Assembly (NCBI GenBank): GCA_964016885.1
Contig: OZ024760.1
Span: forward strand, 28,086,001 to 28,150,000
Length of the DNA stretch: 64,000 nt
Origin: Eledone cirrhosa
Taxonomy: Eukaryota
Direction: 5' to 3'
The translations under genes and the position numbers were made by a program. Below are positions 46,138-60,727 of this stretch, one piece after another; the first letter of the stretch is position 1; every line of letters begins with the position of its first letter. The notes beneath the pieces are model-generated. The model was not told where the DNA came from, did no database searches, and saw nothing but the letters and a program-made list of their open reading frames with translations.

Positions 46138-46530
46138 TTTCTATTTTAGGCACAAGGCCAGCAATAACCCAGTACATTACTGGTACTTTATTTTATCGAT
46201 CCCCGTAAGGATGAAAGGCAAAGTTAACCTCGGCGGGATTTGAACTCAGATCATAAAGGGGCGTAACTCTATGCTTCAAAGCATGGTGTCCGTCACATAA
46301 TAATGGTTTCTTATATAGGCACAAGGCCAACAATTTTTTTGGGGGGAGGGGAAGTCGATTAAACCGACCCCAGTGCGTGACTGGTACTTTATTTTTATCG
46401 ACCCCGTAAGGATGAACGGCAAAGCTAACCTCGGCGGGAATTGAACTAAGATCATAAAGGGCCGTAACTCTATGCTGCAAAGCACGGCGTCCGACCCTCT
46501 ACCGATTCTGCCAATCCACCGCCCTACTCG
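46138..46530 (-). mobile_element. Two tandem copies of tRNA-derived SINE family B (Meta-domain-like core)
   Basis: Minus strand B-box GAGTTCAAATCC followed by GCCTTTCATCCTTACGGGG..CGATAAAATAAAGTACCAG. Plus copy at ~47690-47858; fragments near 61137-61180 and 63300-63365. Confidence 0.7.
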
Positions 46531-46905
46531 CTCAACATAATAATGTAATTATCCTCGCATATTTTTCGCCCGTAATGCATGCAGAATTTCACAGCACTAG
46601 CATCACTCGTTTACAGTCAGCCTTTGAACTTTTCAGCCGGCCTACCAATGTGGAGGCGAGGTCATTTAAAACAAAACTATTATGTCTTTAATTGTTATCG
46701 TACCTCGATATCCTGCTGGTGTCAGCTGGATATCAGAATCTCGTACAGGATATAATCTTTATCTCCACGGTACCTTATCTCCAACAGAAGAGCCATATAT
46801 CACTGGAGGATAATTGACTGCATTCAGACATAATTATCTCCGAGCTGCCTATCTATCAATTAATATATATATATATATATAAATGCGCGCGCGCGTGTGT
46901 GTGTA

Positions 46906-46950
<45 letters not shown>

Positions 46951-47011
46951 GAGTATGTGTGTGAGCGTATATTTATATTTTAGTAACAATGGCATTATAT
47001 ATATATATATC

Positions 47012-47128
<117 letters not shown>

Positions 47129-47303
47129 CACACACACACTTGTTTATAAATGTATGTGTGTATTTATATTATTGTAACATTCCTATTATATATATATATA
47201 TATACATACATACACACACACTTGTTTATAAATGTATGTGTGTATTTATATTGTAACATTCCTATTATATATATATATATATATATATAGATATAAACAC
47301 ACT

Positions 47304-47350
<47 letters not shown>

Positions 47351-47689
47351 TTGTTTATAGATGTGTGTGTGTATGTATGTATGTATAAACATAAACAAGT
47401 GTATACATATGCACATCTGAATATATATATATATATATACAGAGACACGCCGTTCTCACAAATAAACATTGTAGATGAAGGAAGAAGATGCTTGGTGGCT
47501 GGAATACAGAGGGAACCGGGAACACAGAACTGAAAGATTAGATAAAACTGTATTATATGATGGAAGATATAAATAGGGTGGCAAGACAGGCGAATACCTG
47601 ACTCTTTGTCTTATTGAGGCACCATTATATATATATCTCTATATATCTATCTCTGGATTTTTTCTCTGTCTGATGGTTTGATATCTCCC

Positions 47690-47858
47690 CGATCGGTAGA
47701 GGGTCGGACGCCATGCTTTCCAGCATAGTTATGTCGCTTTACGATCTGAGTTCAAATCCCGCCGAGGTTAACTTTGCCTTTCATCCTTACGGGGTCGATA
47801 AAATAAAGTACCAGTAATGCACTGGGTAATTGCTGGCCTTGTGCCTAACGTAGAAACA
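47690..47858 (+). mobile_element. SINE family B copy
   Basis: ctgagttcaaatcccgccgaggttaactttgcctttcatccttacggggtcgataaaataaagtaccag. Confidence 0.7.
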
Positions 47859-47861
47859 GTT

Positions 47862-48187
47862 ATTTTTCCTCTGTTCTCTTTTCTTTTTGCTTTCTTCTTT
47901 TTCTTTATCTATCTCTCCCTTTCTTTTCTCCACGTTTCTCTCTCTCTCTCTCCATCTTTTTACTTACTCTTAACACTATGACTTACTAAAGTAAACAAAT
48001 CACTATCCTGATGGCCTCCAAAAACAACGGTCAATTTTTAAAGGGGTACCTCAATGTCTATTTATAAAACTGTTATATATTGTATTTTGTCTGATGAAGG
48101 CATACCATAATGTAACTTGGTATCCTTGAAATATATATAATGAAATAAATATGGTTTTATAAATATAGTTTCCATTTATTAATATCG
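47862..48187 (+). mobile_element. Family P pLTR fragment with HHR (48083-48147)
   Basis: Homologous to ~25720-26147; stem III variant ATATATAT. Confidence 0.72.
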
Positions 48188-48608
48188 TATATATATATGT
48201 AGCTTTCGATGTAGCTCATTAAACTAAACAAAGTAAATTTGAATACATAGAAGAAAAACGTACTTTATGTAAACATGAAAACCTTAGGCACTATTCCAGC
48301 GAAATAATTAATATGTGAGCTCGGTGTCATCCGTAATCCCATGTAACAAGAGAAATCCAGTCTAGGTATACATTTTTTTGACAACAGTAAAACCTTTTGT
48401 TTCAAGTAGAAAGACTAAAGTAAAATCCGAATGAGCCGAATTGTAATAATCAAAATCACAAAACAAAATTTTTGACAACATCAAAAATGAGTTCCTATTG
48501 TATTAACGAAAGATAACTCTTGTCTTACTTAATCACGAAAATTGACACAAATATTCATTCAGAGAAGAGTTCATTTTTCTGTCCATCACTCTCTGCTAAT
48601 AGCTTGGT

Positions 48609-48649
<41 letters not shown>

Positions 48650-48726
48650 CCCACTCTACTACCCTAAGTATTGAGTACTTTGGTGCGTTATGGTCCACCT
48701 GGTTCCTTACCACACTTCTTTCGTTA

Positions 48727-48769
<43 letters not shown>

Positions 48770-48825
48770 ACTTATATATTATGGAATACTGTTGGCTTCT
48801 TGCTACAATAATTTCTATACTTTTC

Positions 48826-48896
<71 letters not shown>

Positions 48897-49019
48897 CATA
48901 CAGACACACATACTCTTATATGTATATATGTGCATATATATATATACACACACATATATATATATATATATGCACACACACGTACATACACACACATATA
49001 TGTACACTCACACACATGC

Positions 49020-49052
<33 letters not shown>

Positions 49053-49321
49053 CGCACATATACACATATATATTTGTGTACATACATATATACCCACTCT
49101 GCTTATTCCCATGTATTGAGTACTGTCTAAGCACCGCAGTCTCCCCCCCCCCCCTATATATATATATATCTACACACTGTCTAGGTCCACCTGGTAGTAA
49201 AGTAGGTGTGCTGGTATTTATATCCACATTACTTTGTTAATAAATAATGAAAGGAAAATCTTTAGCAGTTTATGTCAGGTTTTTATGGCAGATTTTTCAT
49301 TTGGTGGCTTGTTTACTTCTG

Positions 49322-49352
<31 letters not shown>

Positions 49353-49354
<2 letters not shown>

Positions 49355-49717
49355 GCAAAAAGTTCTATTTAAAATTGTTGGGATACAACAAGTAAATATT
49401 TTTATAACTGATATAAAGCACTCGACAAGTTTTTGGAGTAGATATACGATATTAATAAATGGAAACTATATTTATAAAACCATATTTATTTCATTATACA
49501 TATTTCAGGAATACCAAATTAAATTATGGTATGCCTTCATCAGACAAAATACAATATATAACAGTTTGTAATAGGGTACGTCAAAGCTTATTTGTAAAAC
49601 TGTTATATATTGTATTTTGTCTGATGAAGGCATACCATAATTTAATTTGGTATCCCTGAAATATGTATAATGAAATAAATATGGTTTTATAAATATAGTT
49701 TCCATTTATTAATATCG
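49353..49717 (-). mobile_element. Family P fold-back insertion with HHRs in both arms
   Basis: Arms ~49445-49570 and ~49592-49719; ~90-nt tail on the left, as at 26267. Confidence 0.8.
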
Positions 49718-49745
49718 TATATATATATATATATATATATATATA

Positions 49746-50000
49746 ATGAGGTAAATATCTCACTGAGTACTAAGTACCCATAGAGATATATAGGGTGTCT
49801 ATAATATAATTGTTGTTCTATGGTACTAATTTGAGATACCAGAACTATAAACATTGAGATAAGCAGAACAAACAAACATTAAACAATCCTTTAAATAAAT
49901 TAAAAAATGATTTAAATATCTACCTGTTCATAAGTAGATAGTTAAATCATTTAAAAATTTATTTAAAGGATTGTTTAATGTTTGTTTGTTCTGCTCATCT
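49746..50000 (-). mobile_element. Fold-back element without a visible HHR, with tail motif
   Basis: Palindrome ~49862-49994; left tail carries ACCC..GGGTACT on the minus strand. Confidence 0.6.
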
Positions 50001-50010
50001 TAATTTTTAT

Positions 50011-50047
<37 letters not shown>

Positions 50048-50268
50048 ATGTGTATATATATGTATATATGTATATATGTATGTGTATATATATGTATATA
50101 TGTATATATGTATGTGTATATATATATGTATATATGTATGTGTATATATATATATATATATATGTATATGTATATATATGTATATATGTATATGTATATA
50201 TATGTATATATGTATATGTATATATGTATATGTATATATATGTATATATATATGTATATATGTATATA

Positions 50269-50328
<60 letters not shown>

Positions 50329-50379
50329 TATATACATATATACATATATATATACATATATATACATATACATATATAC

Positions 50380-50447
<68 letters not shown>

Positions 50448-51100
50448 ATATATATATATATAGGAACCAGTAAGACCCCGACAGCTGAGCTCAAGCCGTT
50501 TCGACGGCTAATTCTGGACTAAATGAAAATTTATCCTGGTATTTAAATAGCCGATCTTCTCAAGGGGTAATTCCATATATGGTCAAAGTGATTGTCAAAA
50601 ATCAGTAGTAATTCTGTGGTTGCAAATTAGTAGGGGAGATGGTGGCTAAACCTGCCAGTAGGAGAAAGAGGGGAGGGGGTGGAGTAGACCCAATCAAGCG
50701 TTGGTAGTGCCAGCTACAGCTGGGCATGAGGTCAAAGAAGATACAGGGGAGGGGGAGGAGGTCGGAACGGTAGGTAGAACAATGGGGGGTAGAAATAGGA
50801 AAGAAAAAATACTGAGAGTGAAGAAAAGCAAATAAGTGTAAAGAAAAAAGTAAAGTAAATTAAATTCTACGACCTAGGTGTCAGGCTATTGTTAGGCGAG
50901 AATAAAATAAAGAAAGAAAGAAAGAAGTAAATAAATAAATAAATAAATAAATAAGGAAATAAGTAAGAGAACTAGGTGGGACGGATAAGGCAAGGACCCT
51001 TTTAAGAGGTATAAGTACGTAAATGATACGGTGACGGGTCAACAAAAGGGGCCAAAATACTAAAGAGACTACCACGAAATAAACAATAAAGGTTTCCATC

Positions 51101-54100
51101 CCGTTAATTTTCATAAGGAAAGTATATACTTTCGAACGTTCAACTATCTGGCAGATGGGTAAACGGTGCTGATGATAGCTAACAAGCTTGAAACTAGTAC
51201 ATCGTTCCTGTGTCAGTGTTGAACAAAAAGGTGACGTGGTTGCCTTAACACCGTATGGCATAAATTCAGGCTGTTCAGTTTGTTTACAAACGAACAAAGC
51301 GACGTTAGCGCCGCTAAACTGATACGTGCATATATGTATGTGTACCTGTATGCATATGTATGTATATATGTATATATATATATATATGTGCATGCTACTG
51401 TACGTCTGTATACATATATGTATGTACGTATACATGCATACTTACATTTAAGTAAGTGCCATACTAAGAGTGAGAAATGAAATTTCGTTTTCATTTTGTT
51501 TCAATTTATCGTTTTCGGTATGCCTGACCGATTTAACTCACTCAATATGCAAATTAGGCTGCTCAGCCGTTAATTTTCATAAGGAAAGTATATACTTTCG
51601 AACGTTCAACTATCTGGCAGATGGGTAAACGGTGCTGATGATAGCTAACAAGCTTGAAACTAGTACATCGTTCCTGTGTCAGTGTTGAACAAAAAGGTGA
51701 CGTGGTTGCCTTAACACCGTATGGCATAAATTCAGGCTGTTCAGTTTGTTTACAAACGAACAAAGCGACGTTAGCGCCGCTAAACTGATACGTGCATATA
51801 TGTATGTGTACCTGTATGCATATGTATGTATATATGTATATATATATATATATATGCATGCTACTGTACGTCTGTATACATATATGTATGTACGTATACA
51901 TGCATACTTACATTTAAGTAAGTGCCATACTAAGAGTGAGAAATGAAATTTCGTTTTCATTTTGTTTCAATTTATCGTTTTCGGTATGCCTGACCGATTT
52001 AACTCACTCAATATGCAAATTAGGCTGCTCAGCCGTTAATTTTCATAAGGAAAGTATATACTTTCGAACGTTCAACTATCTGGCAGATGGGTAAACGGTG
52101 CTGATGATAGCTAACAAGCTTGAAACTAGTACATCGTTCCTGTGTCAGTGTTGAACAAAAAGGTGACGTGGTTGCCTTAACACCGTATGGCATAAATTCA
52201 GGCTGTTCAGTTTGTTTACAAACGAACAAAGCGACGTTAGCGCCGCTAAACTGATACGTGCATATATGTATGTGTACCTGTATGCATATGTATGTATATA
52301 TGTATATATATATATATATGTGCATGCTACTGTACGTCTGTATACATATATGTATGTACGTATACATGCATACTTACATTTAAGTAAGTGCCATACTAAG
52401 AGTGAGAAATGAAATTTCGTTTTCATTTTGTTTCAATTTATCGTTTTCGGTATGCCTGACCGATTTAACTCACTCAATATGCAAATTAGGCTGCTCAGCC
52501 GTTAATTTTCATAAGGAAAGTATATACTTTCGAACGTTCAACTATCTGGCAGATGGGTAAACGGTGCTGATGATAGCTAACAAGCTTGAAACTAGTACAT
52601 CGTTCCTGTGTCAGTGTTGAACAAAAAGGTGACGTGGTTGCCTTAACACCGTATGGCATAAATTCAGGCTGTTCAGTTTGTTTACAAACGAACAAAGCGA
52701 CGTTAGCGCCGCTAAACTGATACGTGCATATATGTATGTGTACCTGTATGCATATGTATGTATATATGTATATATATATATATATGTGCATGCTACTGTA
52801 CGTCTGTATACATATATGTATGTACGTATACATGCATACTTACATTTAAGTAAGTGCCATACTAAGAGTGAGAAATGAAATTTCGTTTTCATTTTGTTTC
52901 AATTTATCGTTTTCGGTATGCCTGACCGATTTAACTCACTCAATATGCAAATTAGGCTGCTCAGCCGTTAATTTTCATAAGGAAAGTATATACTTTCGAA
53001 CGTTCAACTATCTAGCAGATGGGTAAACGGTGCTGATGATAGCTAACAAGCTTGAAACTAGTACATCGTTCCTGTGTCAGTGTTGAACAAAAAGGTGACG
53101 TGGTTGCCTTAACACCGTATGGCATAAATTCAGGCTGTTCAGTTTGTTTACAAACGAACAAAGCGACGTTAGCGCCGCTAAACTGATACGTGCATATATG
53201 TATGTGTACCTGTATGCATATGTATGTATATATGTATATATATATATATATGTGCATGCTACTGTACGTCTGTATACATATATGTATGTACGTATACATG
53301 CATACTTACATTTAAGTAAGTGCCATACTAAGAGTGAGAAATGAAATTTCGTTTTCATTTTGTTTCAATTTATCGTTTTCGGTATGCCTGACCGATTTAA
53401 CTCACTCAATATGCAAATTAGGCTGCTCAGCCGTTAATTTTCATAAGGAAAGTATATACTTTCGAACGTTCAACTATCTGGCAGATGGGTAAACGGTGCT
53501 GATGATAGCTAACAAGCTTGAAACTAGTACATCGTTCCTGTGTCAGTGTTGAACAAAAAGGTGACGTGGTTGCCTTAACACCGTATGGCATAAATTCAGG
53601 CTGTTCAGTTTGTTTACAAACGAACAAAGCGACGTTAGCGCCGCTAAACTGATACGTGCATATATGTATGTGTACCTGTATGCATATGTATGTATATATG
53701 TATATATATATATATATGTGCATGCTACTGTACGTCTGTATACATATATGTATGTACGTATACATGCATACTTACATTTAAGTAAGTGCCATACTAAGAG
53801 TGAGAAATGAAATTTCGTTTTCATTTTGTTTCAATTTATCGTTTTCGGTATGCCTGACCGATTTAACTCACTCAATATGCAAATTAGGCTGCTCAGCCGT
53901 TAATTTTCATAAGGAAAGTATATACTTTCGAACGTTCAACTATCTGGCAGATGGGTAAACGGTGCTGATGATAGCTAACAAGCTTGAAACTAGTACATCG
54001 TTCCTGTGTCAGTGTTGAACAAAAAGGTGACGTGGTTGCCTTAACACCGTATGGCATAAATTCAGGCTGTTCAGTTTGTTTACAAACGAACAAAGCGACG

Positions 54101-55235
54101 TTAGCGCCGCTAAACTGATACGTGCATATATGTATGTGTACCTGTATGCATATGTATGTATATATGTATATATATATATATATGTGCATGCTACTGTACG
54201 TCTGTATACATATATGTATGTACGTATACATGCATACTTACATTTAAGTAAGTGCCATACTAAGAGTGAGAAATGAAATTTCGTTTTCATTTTGTTTCAA
54301 TTTATCGTTTTCGGTATGCCTGACCGATTTAACTCACTCAATATGCAAATTAGGCTGCTCAGCCGTTAATTTTCATAAGGAAAGTATATACTTTCGAACG
54401 TTCAACTATCTGGCAGATGGGTAAACGGTGCTGATGATAGCTAACAAGCTTGAAACTAGTACATCGTTCCTGTGTCAGTGTTGAACAAAAAGGTGACGTG
54501 GTTGCCTTAACACCGTATGGCATAAATTCAGGCTGTTCAGTTTGTTTACAAACGAACAAAGCGACGTTAGCGCCGCTAAACTGATACGTGCATATATGTA
54601 TGTGTACCTGTATGCATATGTATGTATATATGTATATATATATATATATGTGCATGCTACTGTACGTCTGTATACATATATGTATGTACGTATACATGCA
54701 TACTTACATTTAAGTAAGTGCCATACTAAGAGTGAGAAATGAAATTTCGTTTTCATTTTGTTTCAATTTATCGTTTTCGGTATGCCTGACCGATTTAACT
54801 CACTCAATATGCAAATTAGGCTGCTCAGCCGTTAATTTTCATAAGGAAAGTATATACTTTCGAACGTTCAACTATCTGGCAGATGGGTAAACGGTGCTGA
54901 TGATAGCTAACAAGCTTGAAACTAGTACATCGTTCCTGTGTCAGTGTTGAACAAAAAGGTGACGTGGTTGCCTTAACACCGTATGGCATAAATTCAGGCT
55001 GTTCAGTTTGTTTACAAACGAACAAAGCGACGTTAGCGCCGCTAAACTGATACGTGCATATATGTATGTGTACCTGTATGCATATGTATGTATATATGTA
55101 TATATATATATATATGTGCATGCTACTGTACGTCTGTATACATATATGTATGTACGTATACATGCATACTTACATTTAAGTAAGTGCCATACTAAGAGTG
55201 AGAAATGAAATTTCGTTTTCATTTTGTTTCAATTT
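51101..55235 (+). repeat. 466-bp tandem array (~8.9 units), each with an intact minimal type I HHR; retrozyme-like
   Basis: HHRs start at 51162, 51628, 52094, 52560, 53026, 53492, 53958, 54424, 54890. Units are almost identical; the array ends in (TA)n. Confidence 0.95.
51162..51206 (+). ncRNA. Minimal type I hammerhead ribozyme (first of 9)
   Basis: Stem I AACGGUG/CAUCGUU, CUGAUGA, stem II AGCU/AGCU with AACA loop, GAAA, palindromic stem III ACUAGU, GUA triplet (cut after 51199). Confidence 0.9.
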
Positions 55236-55247
55236 ATATATATATAC

Positions 55248-55339
<92 letters not shown>

Positions 55340-55361
55340 GTATATACACATAAATATATAA

Positions 55362-55410
<49 letters not shown>

Positions 55411-55536
55411 CATATATATATATATGTATATACACATATATATATAAAGATATATAAAGATATATATATATATGTATATATATATAAAGATAGATATATA
55501 TATTTATATATATATATATATATATATACATATATG

Positions 55537-55569
<33 letters not shown>

Positions 55570-55815
55570 GTATATACACATATATATATAAAGATATATA
55601 TATATATGTATATATATATAAAGATAGATATATATATTTATATATATATATATATACACATATATATATATATGTATGTATATACACATATATATAAAGA
55701 TATATATATATATGTATATATATATAAAGATAGATATATATATTTATATATATATATATATACACATATATATATATATATGTATGTATATACACATATA
55801 TATAAAAATATATAC

Positions 55816-55860
<45 letters not shown>

Positions 55861-56256
55861 TATATGTATATACACATATATATATATATGTACACATATA
55901 TATATATATATATTTATATATACATATATATATATATAAAGATATATATATATATGTATATATGTATATATATATATGTATGTATATACACACATATATA
56001 TATATAAAGATATATATATGTATATATGTATATATATATGTATGTATATACACACATATATATATATAAAGATATATAAAGATATATATATGTATATATA
56101 CACATATATATGTATATACACACATATATATATATAAAGATATATATATGTATATATGTATATATACACATATATATGTATATACACATATATATATATA
56201 TATAAAGATATATATATTTATATAGCTTGGTTGTATATATATATATATATATATAT

Positions 56257-56544
56257 AATGTAGGAGGTGAGTTTTATTGTAGTACAATAAAGCAATGCAG
56301 ATATCGGATAAGAAGCACTCTACAGTTTGTAGGTCTGGAGTATAAATAATATATAAGATCACAAGATGGTTAAAAGAGTTCCATGTATTTTATTATGCGC
56401 ATTTCAAAAACAAATATCATCATGCTATAACATTTGCGTTTTCCCTATTTTATCTGACGAAAACGCAAATGTTATTGCATGATGATATTTGTTTTTGAAA
56501 TGCGCATTATAAAATACATGGAACTCTTTTAACCATCTGTTGAT

Positions 56545-56550
<6 letters not shown>
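56257..56550 (-). mobile_element. Fold-back element; + arm has an intact HHR (~56446-56517)
   Basis: TATTTTAT-CTGACGA-AAACGCAAATGTTATTGCATGATGATATTTGTTTTT-GAAA-TGCGCA-TT-ATAAAATA; tail to the left. Confidence 0.8.
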
Positions 56551-56575
<25 letters not shown>

Positions 56576-56578
<3 letters not shown>

Positions 56579-56935
56579 CAAGAAAGTAAGTGTTGATAAA
56601 ATCCAGTACTTCAGTATGCGGATAGGGAGCACTCAACGAAGATATAGGTGCCGGAGTTATAATAGTGACGAAACATAAGTCAATTGCATGAACTCATAAT
56701 CCTTTATTTACTGCTATATATATTTCGATGATAGCCATTGAATACAGGCAGTTAGTCAGTTCTTAGATATGCTAGCTCTGTGTTTATAGTGTTGATGGTA
56801 TCAGAACCTTGGGACATATCTGAAGAACGGACTAACTGCTTGATGAGGTCATAGCCATTCAATGGGTATCATCGAAATATATATAGCAGTAAATAAAGGA
56901 CTATGAGTTCATGCAATTGACTTATGTTTCGTCAC

Positions 56936-56938
<3 letters not shown>
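56576..56938 (-). mobile_element. Fold-back element with a near-intact HHR (56835-56890, core TTGATGA)
   Basis: ACTGC-TTGATGA-..-GAAA-TATATA-TA-GCAGT; arms ~56662-56770 and ~56815-56938; tail to the left. Confidence 0.75.
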
Positions 56939-56966
<28 letters not shown>

Positions 56967-56973
56967 ATACACA

Positions 56974-57030
<57 letters not shown>

Positions 57031-57038
57031 CTTGGTTG

Positions 57039-57073
<35 letters not shown>

Positions 57074-57135
57074 ATACACATGTATATACTCATGCATATA
57101 TATATATAAAGATATATATATATATATAGCTTGGT

Positions 57136-57182
<47 letters not shown>

Positions 57183-57275
57183 ATATGTATATGTATATAT
57201 ATATGTATATATATGTATATCTATATGTGTGTATATATAAATATATATATATGTGTGTATATACATATGTGTGTG

Positions 57276-57310
<35 letters not shown>

Positions 57311-57405
57311 GTATGTATATATATATATGTATATGTAAATATATATATGTATATATATATATGTATATATATATATGTATATATATATATGTATATATAT
57401 ATATG

Positions 57406-57502
<97 letters not shown>

Positions 57503-57529
57503 GTATATATATATATGTATGTATATATA

Positions 57530-57737
57530 TGGTTAGAGAATTGGATTCGCAATCGTAAGGTTGTGAGTTCGATTCCTGGACCAGGCGATGCGTTATGTCT
57601 TTGAGCAAGACACTTTATTTCACGTTGCTCCTTCTACCTGGAGTTGCGACCGATAGATAGTATTAGCAATTGGAAAGACCAACGGAAACATTGTTCCCTC
57701 GGTCCGATTTGACGAAAGTCGATCGTTCTTCCTCCTC
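57530..57737 (+). mobile_element. SINE family A copy (5' end interrupted by (TA)n)
   Basis: Near-identical to 60748-60950. Confidence 0.8.
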
Positions 57738-57756
57738 CATATATATATATGTATAT

Positions 57757-57828
<72 letters not shown>

Positions 57829-57855
57829 ATATACGTATATATATATATATATATA

Positions 57856-58043
57856 TAACGAAGGAAATGTGGTAGGGAACCAGGTGGACCATAACGCACC
57901 AAAGTACTCAATACTTGAGGTAGTAGAGTGGGTAATAGGAACCAGTAAGACCCCGACAGCTCAAGCCGTTTCGACGGCTAATTCTGGACTAATTAGCCGT
58001 CGAAACGGCTTGAGCTCAGCTGTCGGGGTCTTACTGGTTCCTA
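57856..58043 (-). mobile_element. Fold-back element (family E)
   Basis: Tail 57856-57935, then palindrome around gacggctaattctggactaattagccgtc. Confidence 0.8.
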
Positions 58044-58069
58044 TATATATATATATATATATGTATATG

Positions 58070-58127
<58 letters not shown>

Positions 58128-58492
58128 ATACACACATATACATATAAATATCATTTACATCATGAAGCGGGTGTACAATTTTGCACTTTTCTTACCCGGA
58201 GTTGCGCATGCGTAATGTTGAAAATGGGATCGAAATAATATATCCTCATGTAATATTGGAAGCTCTTTTCTGCAGAGCAGTGGTTTGTTCGGATTGTATT
58301 GGTGAAGTCAAGGATAATGCCGTTATCTTCTCTCCCACATCTGCTATCACCAAACACCAGCTTCTATAATGGTTTCCACTCTAAGCGTTTGGCAAGCATA
58401 AATATATATCTGTAGAAAAACAGTGACACACAACGAAGATTCGACAGCAACTACACTCCGTATGCACACACACACGTGCGCGCACACACACA

Positions 58493-58532
<40 letters not shown>

Positions 58533-59006
58533 ACGCATACACCACACTACACTACACCACACACTATAACACACTACACGACACCGTACCACACTACACC
58601 ACACCACTACGCACCACACAGTACCACACCACTACACACACACCACACAACACCACACTTCACTACACCACACCACACTTCACTACACCACACCACTACA
58701 CACCACACAGTACCACACCACTACACACACCACACAACACCACACTTCACTACACCACACCACACTTCACTACACCACACCACTACACACCACACAGTAC
58801 CACACCACTACACACACACCACACAACATCACACTTCACTACACCACACCACTACACACCACACAGTACCTCACCACTACACACACACACACACCACACA
58901 ACATCACACTACACTACACACACACACCACACAACATCACACTACACACACACCACACACACCACACAACACCACACTACACAACACCACACCACACACA
59001 CACACG

Positions 59007-59183
59007 TTAAGTATTTCCTTAGAAAATGTAAAGAAGAGTGCTCTATGTATAACACAGAGCTATTTAATTACATAATAAAATTATTCCATTACCCAAGATT
59101 TCACGAAGTTAGACGTTTCTGTTAGAATCGTCTAACTTCGTGAAACCTTGGGTAATGGAATAATTATATCGTGTTGTTTATTA
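59007..59183 (-). mobile_element. Fold-back element related to 42923-43271, inverted within HHR stem II
   Basis: Shared tail agagtgctctatgta..acagagct; + arm reads ..CTTCGT-GAAA-CCTTGGG-TA-ATGGAA. Confidence 0.7.
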
Positions 59184-59189
59184 TATATA

Positions 59190-59695
59190 TATCAAAATAA
59201 AGATCCGAAGGCACGGTATAAAATTCCAATCATTTTAATCACGACACATGTTTCAATAAGAGATAGATCGATCGTGTGATCTCATTAGGTGAAAATGAAT
59301 TGTCTTCAAATCCTTGATAAGAGAGAGGAAAAATAACGATGTTCACTCACTAGAGTGATGGGGGCCAAAACACTAGTAAGTGAACATCGTTAAAATTTCT
59401 GCCTCATATCAAGGATTTGAAGACAATTCATGTTCACCTGAGGAGATCAGTGATAATCGATCATGGCCGCACGATCGATCTATCTCTTATTGAAACATGA
59501 GTCGTGATTAAAATGATTGGAATTTTACACCATGCCTTCGGATCTTTATTTTGATACAAATACTCCGTTTTACATCATCTAGCTGTTCCCATAAATGGAA
59601 TTGGAGATATACTAAAGTGTGGAGAACTTAATATGGCTGACAAAAGTTTATTGGACCGTATGACACAACCATTAATACACCTTACTCTATAACAA
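59190..59695 (+). mobile_element. Fold-back element (~170-bp arms) with HHR at 59434-59507 and a 3' tail
   Basis: TCAC-CTGAGGA-(long stem II)-GAAA-CATGAG-TC-GTGA; the opposite arm has stem III ACATGTGT. The right boundary is approximate. Confidence 0.72.
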
Positions 59696-59702
59696 ATATA
59701 TA

Positions 59703-59895
59703 TAAGTTATTCAGGGTTCAATCAAGGGTAACCACAGTAAGTAAGGTACTCAATACATAGCCGAGTATAGATCTTTTAATATAGAAAAGCTTCTACAGGA
59801 CTAAAACTGTTTCATTCGTGAGAAATCATCAGGAAGCTCCTGATGATTTCTCATGAATGAAACAGTTCTATTCATGTAGAAGCTTTTCTATATTA
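59703..59895 (-). mobile_element. Fold-back element with back-to-back HHR cores similar to the 310-bp satellite HHR
   Basis: ..GAAATCATCAGGA-agc-TCCTGATGATTTC tcat GAAT-GAAACAGTT; tail to the left. Confidence 0.7.
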
Positions 59896-59915
59896 ATATA
59901 TATATATATATTAAT

Positions 59916-59946
<31 letters not shown>

Positions 59947-60064
59947 AAAATATATATATATATATATATTTATTATATATATATATATATATTTATTATA
60001 TATATATATATATTTATTATATATATATATATATATATATTTATTATATATATATATATATATT

Positions 60065-60131
<67 letters not shown>

Positions 60132-60132
60132 T

Positions 60133-60175
<43 letters not shown>

Positions 60176-60297
60176 ATATTTATTATATATATATATTTAT
60201 TATATATATATATATTTATTATATATATATATTTATTATATATATATATATTTATTATATATATATATATATATTTATTATATATATATATATTTAT

Positions 60298-60328
<31 letters not shown>

Positions 60329-60406
60329 TATATATATATATTTATTATATATATATATTTATTATATATATATATATTATTATATATATATATATTATTA
60401 TATATA

Positions 60407-60447
<41 letters not shown>

Positions 60448-60451
60448 ATAT

Positions 60452-60494
<43 letters not shown>

Positions 60495-60653
60495 TATATA
60501 TATATATTTATTATATATATATATTTATTATATATATATATATATATATATATTATTATATATATATATTTATTATATATATATATTTATTATATATATA
60601 TATATATATATATATTATTATATATATATATTTATTATATATATATATATTAT

Positions 60654-60727
<74 letters not shown>

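Noticed and set aside
51213-55222. Repeated 66, 93 and 112 aa ORFs in the 466-bp array
   Set aside because: They run through the TA-rich part, show no recognisable domain, and one is broken by a point change in one unit; a non-coding HHR unit explains the array.
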